From contig OX597824.1 in the NCBI GenBank assembly GCA_951406725.2, positions 75,826,001 to 75,890,000 of the forward strand: DNA of 64,000 nt. The letters run 5' to 3'. Shown here piece by piece: positions 36,380-49,250 of this stretch. Below the pieces are notes generated by a model. That model was not told the origin of the DNA, ran no database searches, and was given only the letters and a program-made list of their open reading frames with translations. Each line of letters starts with the position of its first letter. Positions within the stretch are counted from its first letter, which is position 1. The stretch is from Octopus vulgaris. Taxonomy: Eukaryota. The translations under genes and the position numbers were made by a program.

Positions 36380-37200
36380 TTAATGCAACACTGAATTTTA
36401 ATTACAATCAACCAATTACTTTATCTCGTAAATTAAAGAATCTGATGTTATTTGGAATTAAAGTTGGGAAATTTGGGTAATATTAGCCAATCAACAGACA
36501 GCAAGGCATTAACTGCTTGTTACCATGACAATCACATGTATTGTGTTTCACCCACATGTTTTAATTCTTCACACCTCGAGATTTACTTCGTCGGCATGTT
36601 TTGTTTTAATAAAAATTTATATTTATCAATTAAAATTTTATTGTAGATATTTTTCGTCAATTGTCTTAATATTTTACATATTTTTCATATATAACAAAAG
36701 TTATTTGCGATGTTTACACAGTTTCTCAGCATTATGAATGTGAATGGAATATGTGAACTTTGTACAGATAATGTGACATTATCTTTGAATTTTGCATGCA
36801 AAAACATATAACATACAGGCATTTCTTTTCTTAGGACAAATTCTTTGTTGACCAGTTTTATTCCTATCGTAGTTTACAAATCTAAGCATGAAAACGTTAC
36901 TCTTTCTCACACACACACATGCACTTATATATTAATGATGTATACAAATACATGACAGGTATACATAATACTGAAATACACATAAAATAAACACATGCAG
37001 ACTAATATATTAAAACAAATTTTTTTTTAAATAATAAAAACATACAATCAACAAAGAGACAAAAGCAACAGTAAGATGATACATTTTGATTTTATTAGGT
37101 ATTTCTGTTTATTTAGAAACCTACAATGAAGAGATCATTTCACAGACATTAAACTATAAATTTCACAGGGTACAACCTTAAGGTTGATACCACTCCGCTA
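36380..37200. repeat. Dispersed repeat segments shared with 39270-39470 and 44440-44830
   Basis: caattactttatctcgtaaattaaagaa...ttaccatgacaa and atttagaaacctacaatgaa...cagggtacaaccttaa each recur. Confidence 0.6.
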
Positions 37201-37919
37201 AACACATACAATTTCTGCCTCACTATTGGCTAAAAATACAAATTTTTTCGATTTTTAAACCTCTATAACTTTTCCTCCAATTTTTTTCTCCATAACATCA
37301 TACTTTCATAGCAATTAGACTGGAAAACTTTATTATTATAGCTGATTTCCAGATTTTTCACTGTCTTTTAAAAAATGCATATTTTGTGAATGAAAAAAAA
37401 ATCCAAAGTATCTTTAAAACTAGTTTTTAAACATCAAATAGCTATGGGATTCTACCAGGATAACATAGGAATCAAAAGGGTCCCTAAGCAAAAATTGGTT
37501 GAGAACCACTTTTGTACAATCACCTTGTTTAAACTGGAGTATATTTTCTTAATTTTATTGCTTGTGCAGTAAGCTACAAAATTTTTACATTCTCTTAATC
37601 TCCTGTAATTCAAACTGCCTCATGGTCTCATGCCAGTGACACGAAAAAAAATAAAAGTACCAAGAACAGACTGTAAGGTGGTTGGCATTAGGAAGGGTAT
37701 CCAGTTGTAGAAAACATGCCAAAGCTGACACTGTGGTGTTGCACAGCCCCATACCTTACCAATCTAACCAAACTGTTCAACACATGCCGGTATGGAAAAC
37801 GGTTGTTAAGTGATGATAGTATATAATTTATGTGTGTGTGTAGTCAGAATTTAAGGAAAATGTGATTTGTGGAAATGGCATAGCGATGCATTAAAATATT
37901 TATAAATTCCATCCATGGA

Positions 37920-37963
<44 letters not shown>

Positions 37964-38149
37964 GTTACTATATTTATCCTACATTATATCGGCACAGCAC
38001 GGTGCAACCCCAAATAACTGGTTTTCCAGTTGATATCATTAGGCTGTAGCTTAATGTTGCATAATAAAACAGGAGTTTTTATATGTTCAAAATGTTTCTT
38101 GTAAACGAACTAAAGGATATATTAATATATGCAGGAAGCAGTGAATTAA

Positions 38150-39175
38150 CTGCCATGTAAATTATGTAAAAATGAAAATAACGCTGACATCACATTTTAA
38201 CAGATATATTTACCAAAATTACATAAAAATGTCTTGAAATACTAAAGAGTAAATTTATTCAATAAAATCGCCATTGGCATCAACCATGACCTCCAAATGA
38301 CTTCAGAATTTCATCCAACTCTTCTGGACAGTCTCCTTGTTTAACCCTTTAGCATTCAGATTATTCTGTCAAATGTAAAGCTTATGTATTCACACCATGT
38401 AAAATTCATCTTGCATCATTTCATGACTTTGAGATTTCAATGATGTGATTGCTTATTTTTAAAATGACACAATAAGGTAGCTATGAATGACCATATCTGA
38501 CTAGTTTGAACATAAAATAGGTAGAATATTTTGGCAGGATATGGCCGGTTTAAACACTAAAGGGTTAAGTTGGTGAATGCTGCCATAATCCTTGCCTTCA
38601 ATTCTTTTTTGGTGTTGCAAAGAGTTTTGTTGGTCTTTCATTCAATTGTGACCAACACATAATAATCAAGTGGATTGCAGTCTGGTGAGTTAGGTGGCCA
38701 GATGTTAGGGGTGATGTGGTCGCAGAAATTGTCAGACAGCCATGACTGGGTTCTCCTGCTTGTGCAGCAGTCACCCTCTTGACTCAGGGCAGCACTACCT
38801 CCCCCAGGCACTTGATATAGGCCACCAAGTTGAGTGTGAGGCCATGTGGAAAGATGAATGGTGGCATAACATCTTCATCACTAGTGATCACTCCAAACAC
38901 CATGATGCTGACTGGATGTTTGATTTTTATCACTCTCGGTACATGTTTTGGGGACAAGGCAAGCCAATGGTTGTTCTGTGTGTTCACCATCTGTTTATAT
39001 TTGAGATTCCGGCATGAAAGCCAAGCAGTACATCATGTTGTTTCCAAATTTCTGGAAGAGTGAATTGTGTCATGGTGTTGTTTTTCTTACAGATAGTGCC
39101 CAGTTGACCCTACTATACTGTGTAGTCAACAAAATATTTTTTTTAAAATGCACACGTGCAAAATCATAAATATAG
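38150..39175 (-). mobile_element. Second maT-type (DD37D) element, deleted and interrupted by a MITE
   Basis: Homologous to 31278-32128; KIKHPVSIMVFGVITSDEDVMPPFIFPHGL, WPPNSPDCNPLDY. Confidence 0.8.
38345..38564. mobile_element. piggyBac-type MITE with TTAA TSD
   Basis: TTAA|CCCTTTAGCATT...CACTAAAGGG|TTAA. Removing it restores caccaacTTAAacaaggaga as seen in the paralog near 31920. Confidence 0.9.
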
Positions 39176-39487
39176 AATAGTGACAATGGATTTAGTCTGT
39201 TTCATTCACAAAATCAGCCCCCTTCAATTTTGTTCAGATTGTTTTTTAATTTGGGTGTATCGATGCAGTTCTGAATTGTGATTATGCTCAACTAATTACT
39301 TTATCTCGTAAATTAAAGAACCTGATGCTATTTGGAATTAAAGTTGGGAAAATTTGGGTAATTTTAGCCAATCAACAGACAGCGAGGCATTAACAGCTAG
39401 TTACCATGACAACAGCACATTGTGTTTATTCTTCACACTATGAGATTCACTTCACCCACATGTTTTGCTTGTAATTCTCTTTTTTAT

Positions 39488-39700
39488 TCTCTTTTACTTG
39501 TTTCAGTCATTTGACTGTGGCCATACTGGAGCACCGCCTTTATTCACACAAATCAACCCCCAGGACTTATTCTTTGGAAGCGTAGTACTTATTCTGATAA
39601 GTCTGAAACTCTTTAGCCAAACCGCTAAGTTACGGGAACGTAAACACACCAGCATCGGTTGTCAAGCAATGTTGGGGAACAAACACAAGCACACAAACAT

Positions 39701-39763
<63 letters not shown>

Positions 39764-39925
39764 TACAATGGGCTTCTTTCAGTTTCCGTCTACCAAATCC
39801 ACTTATGAGGCTTTGGTCGGCCCGAGGCTATAGTAGAAGACACTTGCCCAAGGTGCCACACAGTGGGACTGAACCCAGAACCATGTGGTTCGTAAGCAAG
39901 CTACTTACCACACAGCCACTCCTAC
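39488..39925 (-). mobile_element. SINE family B
   Basis: Same sequence as 11158-11541. Confidence 0.8.
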
Positions 39926-40452
39926 ACCAATAGGACAACATTACTTAATGTGTCCTTCATTTTTAAAATGTTAGAGCATAGTGTGAAGGAGATTTGGCTG
40001 TTATTTCTAGCAAATTGAACACCCACACAGGGACTACCTCATTGGTTCATATGCGGATGAGTATAAGTAAACAAAAAGGAAAGATGGATCTTCATCTGTT
40101 TCTAGGATGATCATTTCAGTTGCATGATCAACTGAACTGGTTATACATTCAGCTGGTCCTTATTTTATTAACCCTCAAAGGATGAAAGGCAAAGTCAACC
40201 TAAGCAGAACTTGAACTCAGAATGTAAAGCATTTTGCCCAGTGTGCTAATTATTTTGTGAGCTTGTAGTCCTATGGTTACACATATTAACATATAACTGG
40301 CTGAGTATACCACAGCACACATGTACCCACAGCATAATCCATAAGTAGAATCAGTACAACCCAGTGTGACATGGCTAGGTCTTTTAATTACAGGTCCAGT
40401 ACCTAACTATAGTGTAATTTGGCTTAGTATTCCATAGATATATGTGGCTTTT

Positions 40453-40673
40453 ACCGTTTCGTTACTGTATTTATTTTGAGATGCTCTGTGTTTCTTTCAA
40501 TTACTTTAAATATAATAAAGAATTTAGTAAAATAACTTACTTATCATTCGGCTAGTTTTAGGAACATAAATTGTGACTAAGGTTTGGTGGAAGATTTTAA
40601 TTCAAAACTTATGGAAACAAGGCATTTGCACTCAGAGCCAGAGCCGGTTTCAGCCGGGTTGGTAACGAAAGGG
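40453..40673. mobile_element. piggyBac-type MITE, second family
   Basis: ttta|CCGTTTCGTTAC ... GTAACGAAAGGG|TTAA. A similar end occurs at ~4034-4050. Confidence 0.65.
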
Positions 40674-40952
40674 TTAATGTAATTCTGGGACAGAATCAGT
40701 GTGATACGTGATGGACATAGCCAGAGTTTCAACCGAATGTTTCTCAACTATTAAGAAAATACACCATTCGCTGAATAAATTGTGGAAAATCACAACAAAA
40801 TTAAACTAAATATCAGATGAATAATTCTATTGACAGGGAGCTGTGGGTCACAGATTTCTTCATTCCTCCTTATTGGTTACATATTTGGTGTGAGACTAGG
40901 TCGGCTCTTTGAATTAGTTGTACTTCATTTGGCAGGGTTCCACGCAGTTTCT

Positions 40953-41372
40953 TATTTCTTTACTGCCCACAAGGGGCTACACACAGAGGGGACAAACAAG
41001 GACAGACAAATGGATTAATTCGATTATATCAACCCGAGTGCATAACTGGTACTTATTTAATCGACCCCCGAAAGGATGAAAGGCAAAGTCGACCTCGGTG
41101 GAATTTTAACTCAGAACATAGCGGCAGAAGAAATACCTATTTCTTTACTACCTACAAGGGGCTAAACATAGAGGGGACAAACAAGGAAAGACAAATGGAT
41201 TAATTCGATTATATCAACCCCAGTGCATAACTGGTACTTATTTAATCGACCCCCGAAAGGATGAAAGGCAAAGTCGACCTCGGTGGAATTTTAACTCAGA
41301 ACATAGCGGCAGACGAAATACCGCTAAGCATTTCACTCGGCGTGCTAATGTTTCTGCCATCTCACTGCCTTC
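40953..41372 (-). mobile_element. SINE family A with tandemly duplicated body
   Basis: Two body repeats; imperfect TSD ttccac/atacagtttct. Confidence 0.85.
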
Positions 41373-42139
41373 TACACAGTTCCATACAGTTTCTATTTAA
41401 CCAATTTTACTCCCAATGCTTTGGCTACCCGACAGATTAACTATTAAGTTACTCACAGATGTGCTCCACCCTCAGATACCCAGACATTCTGTGTCTCCCC
41501 TCTTTCTGCAATTTCTACTGCAATTATATGGCCTCTGCTCCTTGCAGCTTGGTGAGCTTATAAAACAAAAAAAAAAAGATTAAAAACAAAACGAAGGAAA
41601 CCTGCCCACCTCACTTTTTCTTTTCCATGAGGTATGGAACTTTGAAGGACTGTTGTTCCAAAAATTCTGCCTAGAATGGATGGAGCGCCAGACTGAATGC
41701 TTTGTTCTGTTTAGTTATGTTCCTCTGCATTCTGAGTTCAAATCCCACAAAAGTCAATTTTACCTTTGATCCAACAGGTATCAATAAAATAAATTACACA
41801 AGAACAGCTTGCCAATAACAACACATTTCTCAGCATCTTGAGGTCAGCTTTCACAACCTCATCCCATACTGTTTTGCAAAGATCTCTCTAATAGCATTTA
41901 CTAAGACATCTGAAGGTGATGCAATATTACTATTTAGTGCATCATCTTTATGAAACAAACAATTAGTATTGCATCATCTTTAAAGGAATAATGAAACATA
42001 AATCAACAAGTATAAAACAGTGACAGCTTGCCAACTATTCATTTGTCATTTGGTTTTATAGTTGTAATCCTTCCAAGACATATCAAAGCATCAAAGGCTA
42101 AGCCTTGAAGAGATTTCACCATCGTTATCCAGCTTACAT

Positions 42140-44310
42140 AAAGAATGGCAAAAAATTATTTCTGATGAATCTTCTTTTCGTGAAGATGATAATGAAAGTG
42201 ATCACGTCAGTATTACTTATTCAGAATCGGTTATGATGACAACAATGCTGACACAAATGATTCTTTAAACCCTTCAATAATGCATGCAAAGTATTACACG
42301 AAGGATAACTCTGAAACTGAAAGGACACAGGAAGAATGTAAAGTATTATTCGAAGGATAAGTCTGAAACTGAAAGGACACAGGAAGAATGCAAAGTATTA
42401 TTCGAAGGATAAGTCTGAAACTGAAAGGATACAGGAAGAATGCAAAGAATTATTTGAAGGATAAGTCTGAAACTGAAAGGACACAGGAAGAATGCAAAAT
42501 ATTATTCGAAGGATAAGTCTGAAACTGAAAGGACACAGGAGGAATGCAAAGTATTATTCGAAGGATAAGTCTGAAACTGAAAGGACACAGGAAGAATGCA
42601 AAGAATTATTCGAAGGATAAGTCTGAAACTGAAAGGACACAGGAAGAATGCAAAGAATTATTCGAAGGATAAGTCTGAAACTGAAAGGACACAGGAGGAA
42701 TGCAAAGTATTATTCGAAGGATAAGTCTGAAACTGAAAGGACACAGGAAGAATGCAAAGTATTATTCGAAGGATAAGTCTGAAACTGAAAGGACACAGGA
42801 AGAATGCAAAGTATTATTCGAAGGATAAGTCTGAAACTGAAAGGACACAGGAAGAATGCAAAGCATTATTCGAAGTATAAGTCTGAAACTGAAAGGACAC
42901 AGGAAGAATGCAAAGTATTATTTGAAGGATAAGTCTGAAACTGAAAGGACACAGGAAGAATGCAAAATATTATCCGAAGGATAAGTCTGAAACTGAAAGG
43001 ACACAGGAAGAATGCAAAGTATTATTCGAAGGATAAGTCTGAAACTGAAAGGACACAGGAAGAATGCAAAGTATTATTCGAAGGATAAGTCTGAAAGGAT
43101 AAGTCTGAAACTGAAAGGACACAGGAAGAATGCAATGCATTATTCAAAAGATAAGTCTAAAACTGAAAGGACACAGGAAGAATGCAATGCATTATTCAAA
43201 GGATAAGTCTGAAACTGAAAGGACACAGGAAGAATGAAACTGAAAGGACACAGGAAGAATGCAAAGTATTATTCAAAGGATAAGTCTGAAACTGAAAGGA
43301 CACAGGAAGAATGAAACTGAAAGGACACAGGAAGAATGCAAAGTATTATTCAAAGGATAAGTCTGAAACTGAAAGGACACAGGAAGAATGCAATGCATTA
43401 TTCAAAAGATAAGTCTAAAACTGAAAGGACACAGGAAGAATGCAATGCATTATTCAAAAGATAAGTCTAAAACTGAAAGGACACAGGAAGAATGCAATGC
43501 ATTATTCAAAAGATAAGTCTAAAACTGAAAGGACACAGGAAGAATGCAATGCATTATTCAAAAGATAAGTCTAAAACTGAAAGGACACAGGAAGAATGCA
43601 ATGCATTATTCGAAGGATAAGTCTGAAACTGAAAGGACACAGGAAGAATGAAACTGAAAGGACACAGGAAGAATGAAACTGAAAGGACACAGGAAGAATG
43701 CAAAGCATTATTCAAAGGATAAGTCTGAAACTGAAAGGACACAGGAAGAATGCAAAGGATTATTCGAGGGATAAGTCTAAAACTGAAAGAACACAGGAAG
43801 AATGCAAAGTATTATTCGAAGGATAAGTCTGAAACTGAAAGGACAGAGGAAGAATGCAAAGTATTATTCGAAGGATAAGTCTGAAACTGAAAGTACGCAG
43901 GAAGAATGAAACTGAAAGGACACAGGAAGAATGCACAGTATTATTCAAAGTATAAGAAGTCTGAAACTGAAAGGATGCAGGAAGAATGAAACTGAAAGGA
44001 CACAGGAAGAATGGAAAGTATTATTCAAAGGATAAGTCTGAAACTGAAAGGACACAGGAAGAATGAAACTGAAGGTACACATGAAGAATGCAAAGCATTA
44101 TTTGAAGGATAAGTCTGAAACTGAAAGGACACAGGAAGAATGCAATCGAAAGAACACAAGAAGAACTCCATCCTACATCAACAGCCTGGAACTTCCCATT
44201 TTGCGAGTAGATCTTGTGATTCCACTCTTTAATCATTTATATAGTTCACGAAGCCAAATTTCTTGGAAATAATCCAAATATGGACAAATGCTGAAGGAAC
44301 TTGGGTCTAT
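42140..44310 (+). pseudogene. piggyBac (PGBD4-like) transposase N-terminal relic split by a minisatellite
   Basis: Acidic ISDESSFREDDNESDHV and AKYYTKD before the array; TGRMQSK and QPGTSHFASRSCDSTL*SFI*FTKPNFLEIIQIWTNAEG after it. Confidence 0.6.
42286..44145 (+). repeat. 52-bp minisatellite (~35 units) with 25-bp sub-unit duplications
   Basis: Unit ttattcgaaggataagtctgaaactgaaaggacacaggaagaatgcaaagta; period 52 (aaggataa at 42301 and 42353). Confidence 0.95.
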
Positions 44311-45433
44311 AAAGATAAGTGAATAGAAATAGATTCTGCTGAATTTAGGAAGTTTATTGGATTGATTATTCATATAGTTTACAAATCCAAGCATGAGCAT
44401 GTTACTCAACTTTGGTGTTTTGGAGACAGACACCCCCTTTTCACACATGCGCACACACACACACACACATGAATACATAAATGTACATATAAACTTATAT
44501 ATGAATACATACAACCACAAGCACAAATGTATTAATGGTATACACAAATACATGGCAGGTAAACATAATACTGAAATATGTAACCCATATTGATTCTCTG
44601 TGTAGAAATCAATGGCTTCATAAAGTACATCTGTAAAAACTAATGTGGAACAAACACATACAGACAAATATATTACTATAACAAATTTTATAAAATAGTA
44701 AAAACATACAAAACAATAGAAATCAATGAAGAGACAAAATAAATGGATCTTTATTTAGAAACCTACAATGAACAGGTCATTTCACAAACGCTAAACTATA
44801 AATTTCACAGGGTACAACCTTAAAGTTGACACTGAGGTGGTGGAAGTGAAAAAAAAATTCAAAATATTTTCTTGTTTTTCTATGGGAAAAGATGCCTATC
44901 ATCAATTTGAAGACTTTGGTGAAAAGCATTGGAAAGAATCCCTGTCAAAATGGAGAAATTCCAACTTACATGAGCTGTCTGATCTGAAACTCCGTTTTCC
45001 AGAAACTCCTCCCTTCCTGCCTCCTTCCAAAACTGTTATCTATAAGTTTTTTTGTAATCATAATCTACACCATTTGAAAGGTATTTGTATAAAATTTCAT
45101 TAAAAAATACCTATTTTCCAGTAAGTTTTGAGGGGGAAAATGTTGGGCTCTGTGAATTTTCCAAAACTCCTCTCCCCAACCCCTCGGGAAATTTTTTCCA
45201 GCAAATCTTTAAATACACTCAATGTAGAGGATATAATCAATTATTTGGTGAAAGTTTCGTTAAAAAGTATTGATTTTTCTGGAAGTTGTGAGGCAACAAT
45301 GTTGATGAGGTATCAAACTGTAGTTATGCCTTTTTTCTTCAATAAAAGTTAAAGTAAACTTCTGTTACATTTTCAAATAATTTACAGATTAACGATGAAC
45401 GAAGTTAACTTCTCAATTAACGGTACCCACCTC

Positions 45434-45469
<36 letters not shown>

Positions 45470-45472
<3 letters not shown>

Positions 45473-46732
45473 GGGCTGGACAAAAAAATGGAAACACCTA
45501 GCATCATAATTTTGAAATATCTATAAAACCGTGAAAAGCTTGTTTGTTTTTATGTTTTTTGATTTATTATTAGTGTTGCTTAACATGTTTCGCTAAAATT
45601 GCTGTTTCTTTTCAGACATCATCAGAAAAAGGTAATTAAAATTCATTAAAATGACAGATCTGTTGCCTTTCAAAGAGGTCAAGTTGTTGGTGCTTGTATG
45701 GCAGGCACTAGCATAAGGAAAACAGCTGAAACGTTTGGTGTATCAAGAAGTACTGTCTTGAAAGTAATGACAGCCTTTGAGAAAGAATGAAAAACCTGCT
45801 CATCGAAACAAAACTCCAGAAGAAAACCAAAACTTTCATATAGGAACTGTTGGACTCTTACGTGAATTGTTAGAAAGGATCACAAAAGTACAGCTCCCAA
45901 AATTACTGCAGAGCTTAATGACCACCTTGAGAGCACAGTTTCCACAAAAACTGTTTGCCAGGAGCTGCACAAAGACAGATTTCATGGGAGGGCTGCAATC
46001 AGAAAACCACTACTTTCAGAAACAAATGTTGCAAAGTATTTAGAGTGGAGTAAAAACTTTACACAATTGGTCCCAAGAGCAGTGGAAGAATGTTATTTTC
46101 TTGGACAAGTCATCCTTTACCTTATTTTGACCAGCAGCTGAGTATACACATGGAGACAGCCAAAAGTAGCATTTCACCCAGACTGCCTTCTTCCAACTTT
46201 TAAGCATGAAGGAGGATCTATGATGATCTGGGGGTGCTATATCTTGGAAATCTGCTGGCCCAATGGTTTCCATTCATGACAAAATTTATGGTTAAGACTA
46301 TTTAAGCATTTTATCTGATCAAATTCATCCTATAGTTGCGGAACTGTTTCCGGAGGGAAACGCAATTTTTCAGGATGATACTGCATCAATTCACACAGCT
46401 AAAGGTGTTAATGAATGGCACGAGGAACATTCTAGTGAAGTTGAACATCTTATCTGGTAACTACAGTCCCCAGATCTCAATATTATTGAACATTTATGGT
46501 GCATTTTAGAAAACAAGTAAGGAGTCGATATCCTCCACCATCATCATTACAAAAACTGGAGACTGTTTACGCTGAAGAATGGACATAAATGGCTTTGGAA
46601 ACAATTCAAACTTTGTATGAGTCCATACCTCATAGAATTCAAGCTGTAATTACTGCCAAAGCGGTCTTACGCCATATTAAAATAAATTTGTTTGAAATTT
46701 TAAGGTGTTTCCATTATTTTGTCCAACCCCCA
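45470..46732 (+). mobile_element. Full-length degenerate Tc1 transposon with TIRs
   Basis: TA|CAGGGGCTGGACAAAAAAATGGAAACACCT ... AGGTGTTTCCATTATTTTGTCCAACCCCCA|TA. GGSMMIWGAI, FQDDTASIHTAK, QSPDLNIIEHLW. Confidence 0.9.
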
Positions 46733-46748
46733 TATATATACATACATA

Positions 46749-47022
46749 TATAAATTAGAGAAGAACCACCTTTTATCAATTCAACAATGAAATAATAATG
46801 ATACAATTAAATTATACCATATAGAAAAAAATTAAATATACAATAAAACATATACCAATAATTAAGTATATATATATAATTTACCAATTATATACTTTTT
46901 ATTTATTATTTTGTACTTAATTATTGGTATATGTTTTATCGTATATTTAATTTTTTCTATATGGTATGATTTAATTATATCATTGTTGAATTGATAAAAG
47001 GTGGTTCTCCTCTAATTTATAT
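46749..47022. repeat. Imperfect AT-rich inverted repeat (~110-bp arms)
   Basis: tataaattagagaagaaccaccttttatcaattcaacaatga mirrors tcattgttgaattgataaaaggtggttctcctctaatttata. Confidence 0.85.
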
Positions 47023-47659
47023 ACTTGTATTATATGTTGTGAAATTTGATTTAGTATTACTAAATTGAATTTTTCCCTGTAAGTTTAGAATAACATTCCC
47101 TAATATCATTATTATTATATATATATAATAATTTGTCCCCCCAACATCACTTGACAACTTGAGTTACGTCCCTGTAACTTAGCAGTTCAGCAAAAGATAC
47201 TGATAGAATAAGTGCTAGGCTTACAAAGAATAAGTTCTGGGGTTGATTTGCTCGACTAAAGGTGGTGCTCCAGCATGACTGAAGCAAGTAAAAGAATATG
47301 TATGTATAGATTAATGTGAAAATGAGAAAGCAAAACATTTGGCAATACTTGAGAAAGACATTTAACTTAGATAAAGAATATAAACATATAGAGACTCTAT
47401 ATGCTTATATTCTCTATCTAAATTAAGTGATTTTTCGAGTGAGGCTAAAAGTTTTGCTTTTTCTGTTTTATTTTAATTTATATCCACCAGCTCAAGGAGA
47501 AACCACTTCTAGCCACCTCTGATAGGCAATCTCAACACACATTTTTAGTTGCATTTTGAATTGGAGTTTTAGTGGTAAACTGAACTGAGCACTCATGGTA
47601 CATACCTACTACTTTATGACAGTTGATAAAAACTCCTTACGAATATATATACATATATG

Positions 47660-47694
<35 letters not shown>

Positions 47695-48363
47695 GTGCGT
47701 GTGTGTATGTATATATATATATATATATATAGATATGTGTATGTGTATACACACCTATTTAGGTGCAGGCATGGCTGTTGTTAAAAAGTTAACTTGTCAA
47801 CCACATGGTTCCAAGTTCAGTTCCACATCATGAAACCTTGGGCAAGTGCCTTCTACTAAAGCCCCAGGCTGAGCATAGCTTTGTGAGTGGATTTGGCAGA
47901 TGGAAGCTGAAAGTGGTTAGTGCAAAACATGGGTAGCTGGATGTAGTATGACCAGAGTTAGAAAAATGTGTGCGTCAAGGGTGCCTGAGTAGAGGTATGA
48001 GTCTATCCAACTCTGATGAAGAGACTATATTAGTAGAGAGATGGTGGAGCTTGTCTATTTGTGACTTAGTGTCAGTCAGTTGAGTAGCCTTTCTGTAGTT
48101 TAGGATATCTGAGTGTGTACCAGCATGGCCTAGTGGTTAGGGTGTTGTACCCATTACTGCAAGATCATAGTTTCAATACCCATACTGCCTGTGTGTTGTG
48201 TTCTTGAGTAAAATACATCATTTCAGGCTGCTCTAGTCCATTCAGCTATAAATGAGTAACCTTGTGATGGATTGGTGAAGAAGGGTGAAGAAAATCACCT
48301 GAATGATTTCACAAGCCACATTTGTATTTTATGATGAAAAGGATAAACAGTATGATCCATACC

Positions 48364-48940
48364 TATTTTTTTACTACCCACAAGGGGCTAAACACAGAGA
48401 GGACAAACAAGGACAGACAGACGGATTAAGTTGATTATATCGACACCAGTGCATAACTGGTACTTAATTTATTGACCCCGAAAGGATGAAAGGCAAAGTC
48501 GACCTCGGCAGAATTTGAACTCAGAACGTAACAGCAGACGAAATACCTATTTCTTTACTACCCACAAGGGGCGAAACACAGAGGGGACAAACAATCGGAT
48601 TAAGTCGATTACATTGACCCCAGTGTGTAACTGGTACTTAATTTATTGACCTTAAAAGGATGAAAGGCAAAGTCGACCTCGGCGGAATTTGAACTCAGAA
48701 CATAACGACAGATGAAATACCTATTTCTTTATTACCCTCAAAGGGGCTAAACAAGGACACACAAAGGTATTAAGTCGATTACATCGATCCCAGTGCGTAA
48801 CTGGTACTTAATTTATCAACCCCGAAAGGATGAAAGGCAAAGTTGACCTCGGCGGAATTTGAACTCAGAACATAACGGCAGACGAAATACCGCTTAGCAT
48901 TTCACCGGGCATGCTAACCATTCTGCCAGCTCGCTGCCTT
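48364..48940 (-). mobile_element. SINE family A with triplicated body and TSD
   Basis: Three body repeats; flanks agtatgatccatacc / agtatgatctatacc. Confidence 0.85.
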
Positions 48941-48959
48941 AGTATGATCTATACCATGA

Positions 48960-49250
48960 GTCCTGTCTGGTTGGGAGTGGCTGTTCAACCACATTAAATG
49001 ACATCGTGACATAGCATTAACATACGTCCCAGGTGAGGGAACAGCATTCCATTATGAATTTCGTCTGAGCCCTTATGTATTTCACACAGATGTTAGGAAA
49101 TGAAGTATTTTCTGGTGCTGGAAAGAAGGGCTAGTCTTTGAGATGTGGTCTTAGCTATGTTGCAAATATACTTTTGCCAGAAGGGGACTGTCAGAGACTC
49201 AGCATTTTGAGTGATATTGTGGGCTGGAGCTTGTGTGGAGCTATGGTATA
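48960..49250 (-). mobile_element. CR1/L2-like LINE RT C-terminal fragment
   Basis: FWQKYICNIAKTTSQRLALLSSTRKYF, then IMECCSLTWD (compare the MEYCS.IW motif). Confidence 0.5.

Noticed and set aside
42286-44145. CRISPR-like regular repeat array
   Set aside because: Units are contiguous with no unique spacers, there are no cas genes, and the context is eukaryotic; it is a minisatellite.
48010-48045. CTGATGAAGAGACTATATTAGT hammerhead-like start
   Set aside because: GAAAC and the downstream stems are missing.
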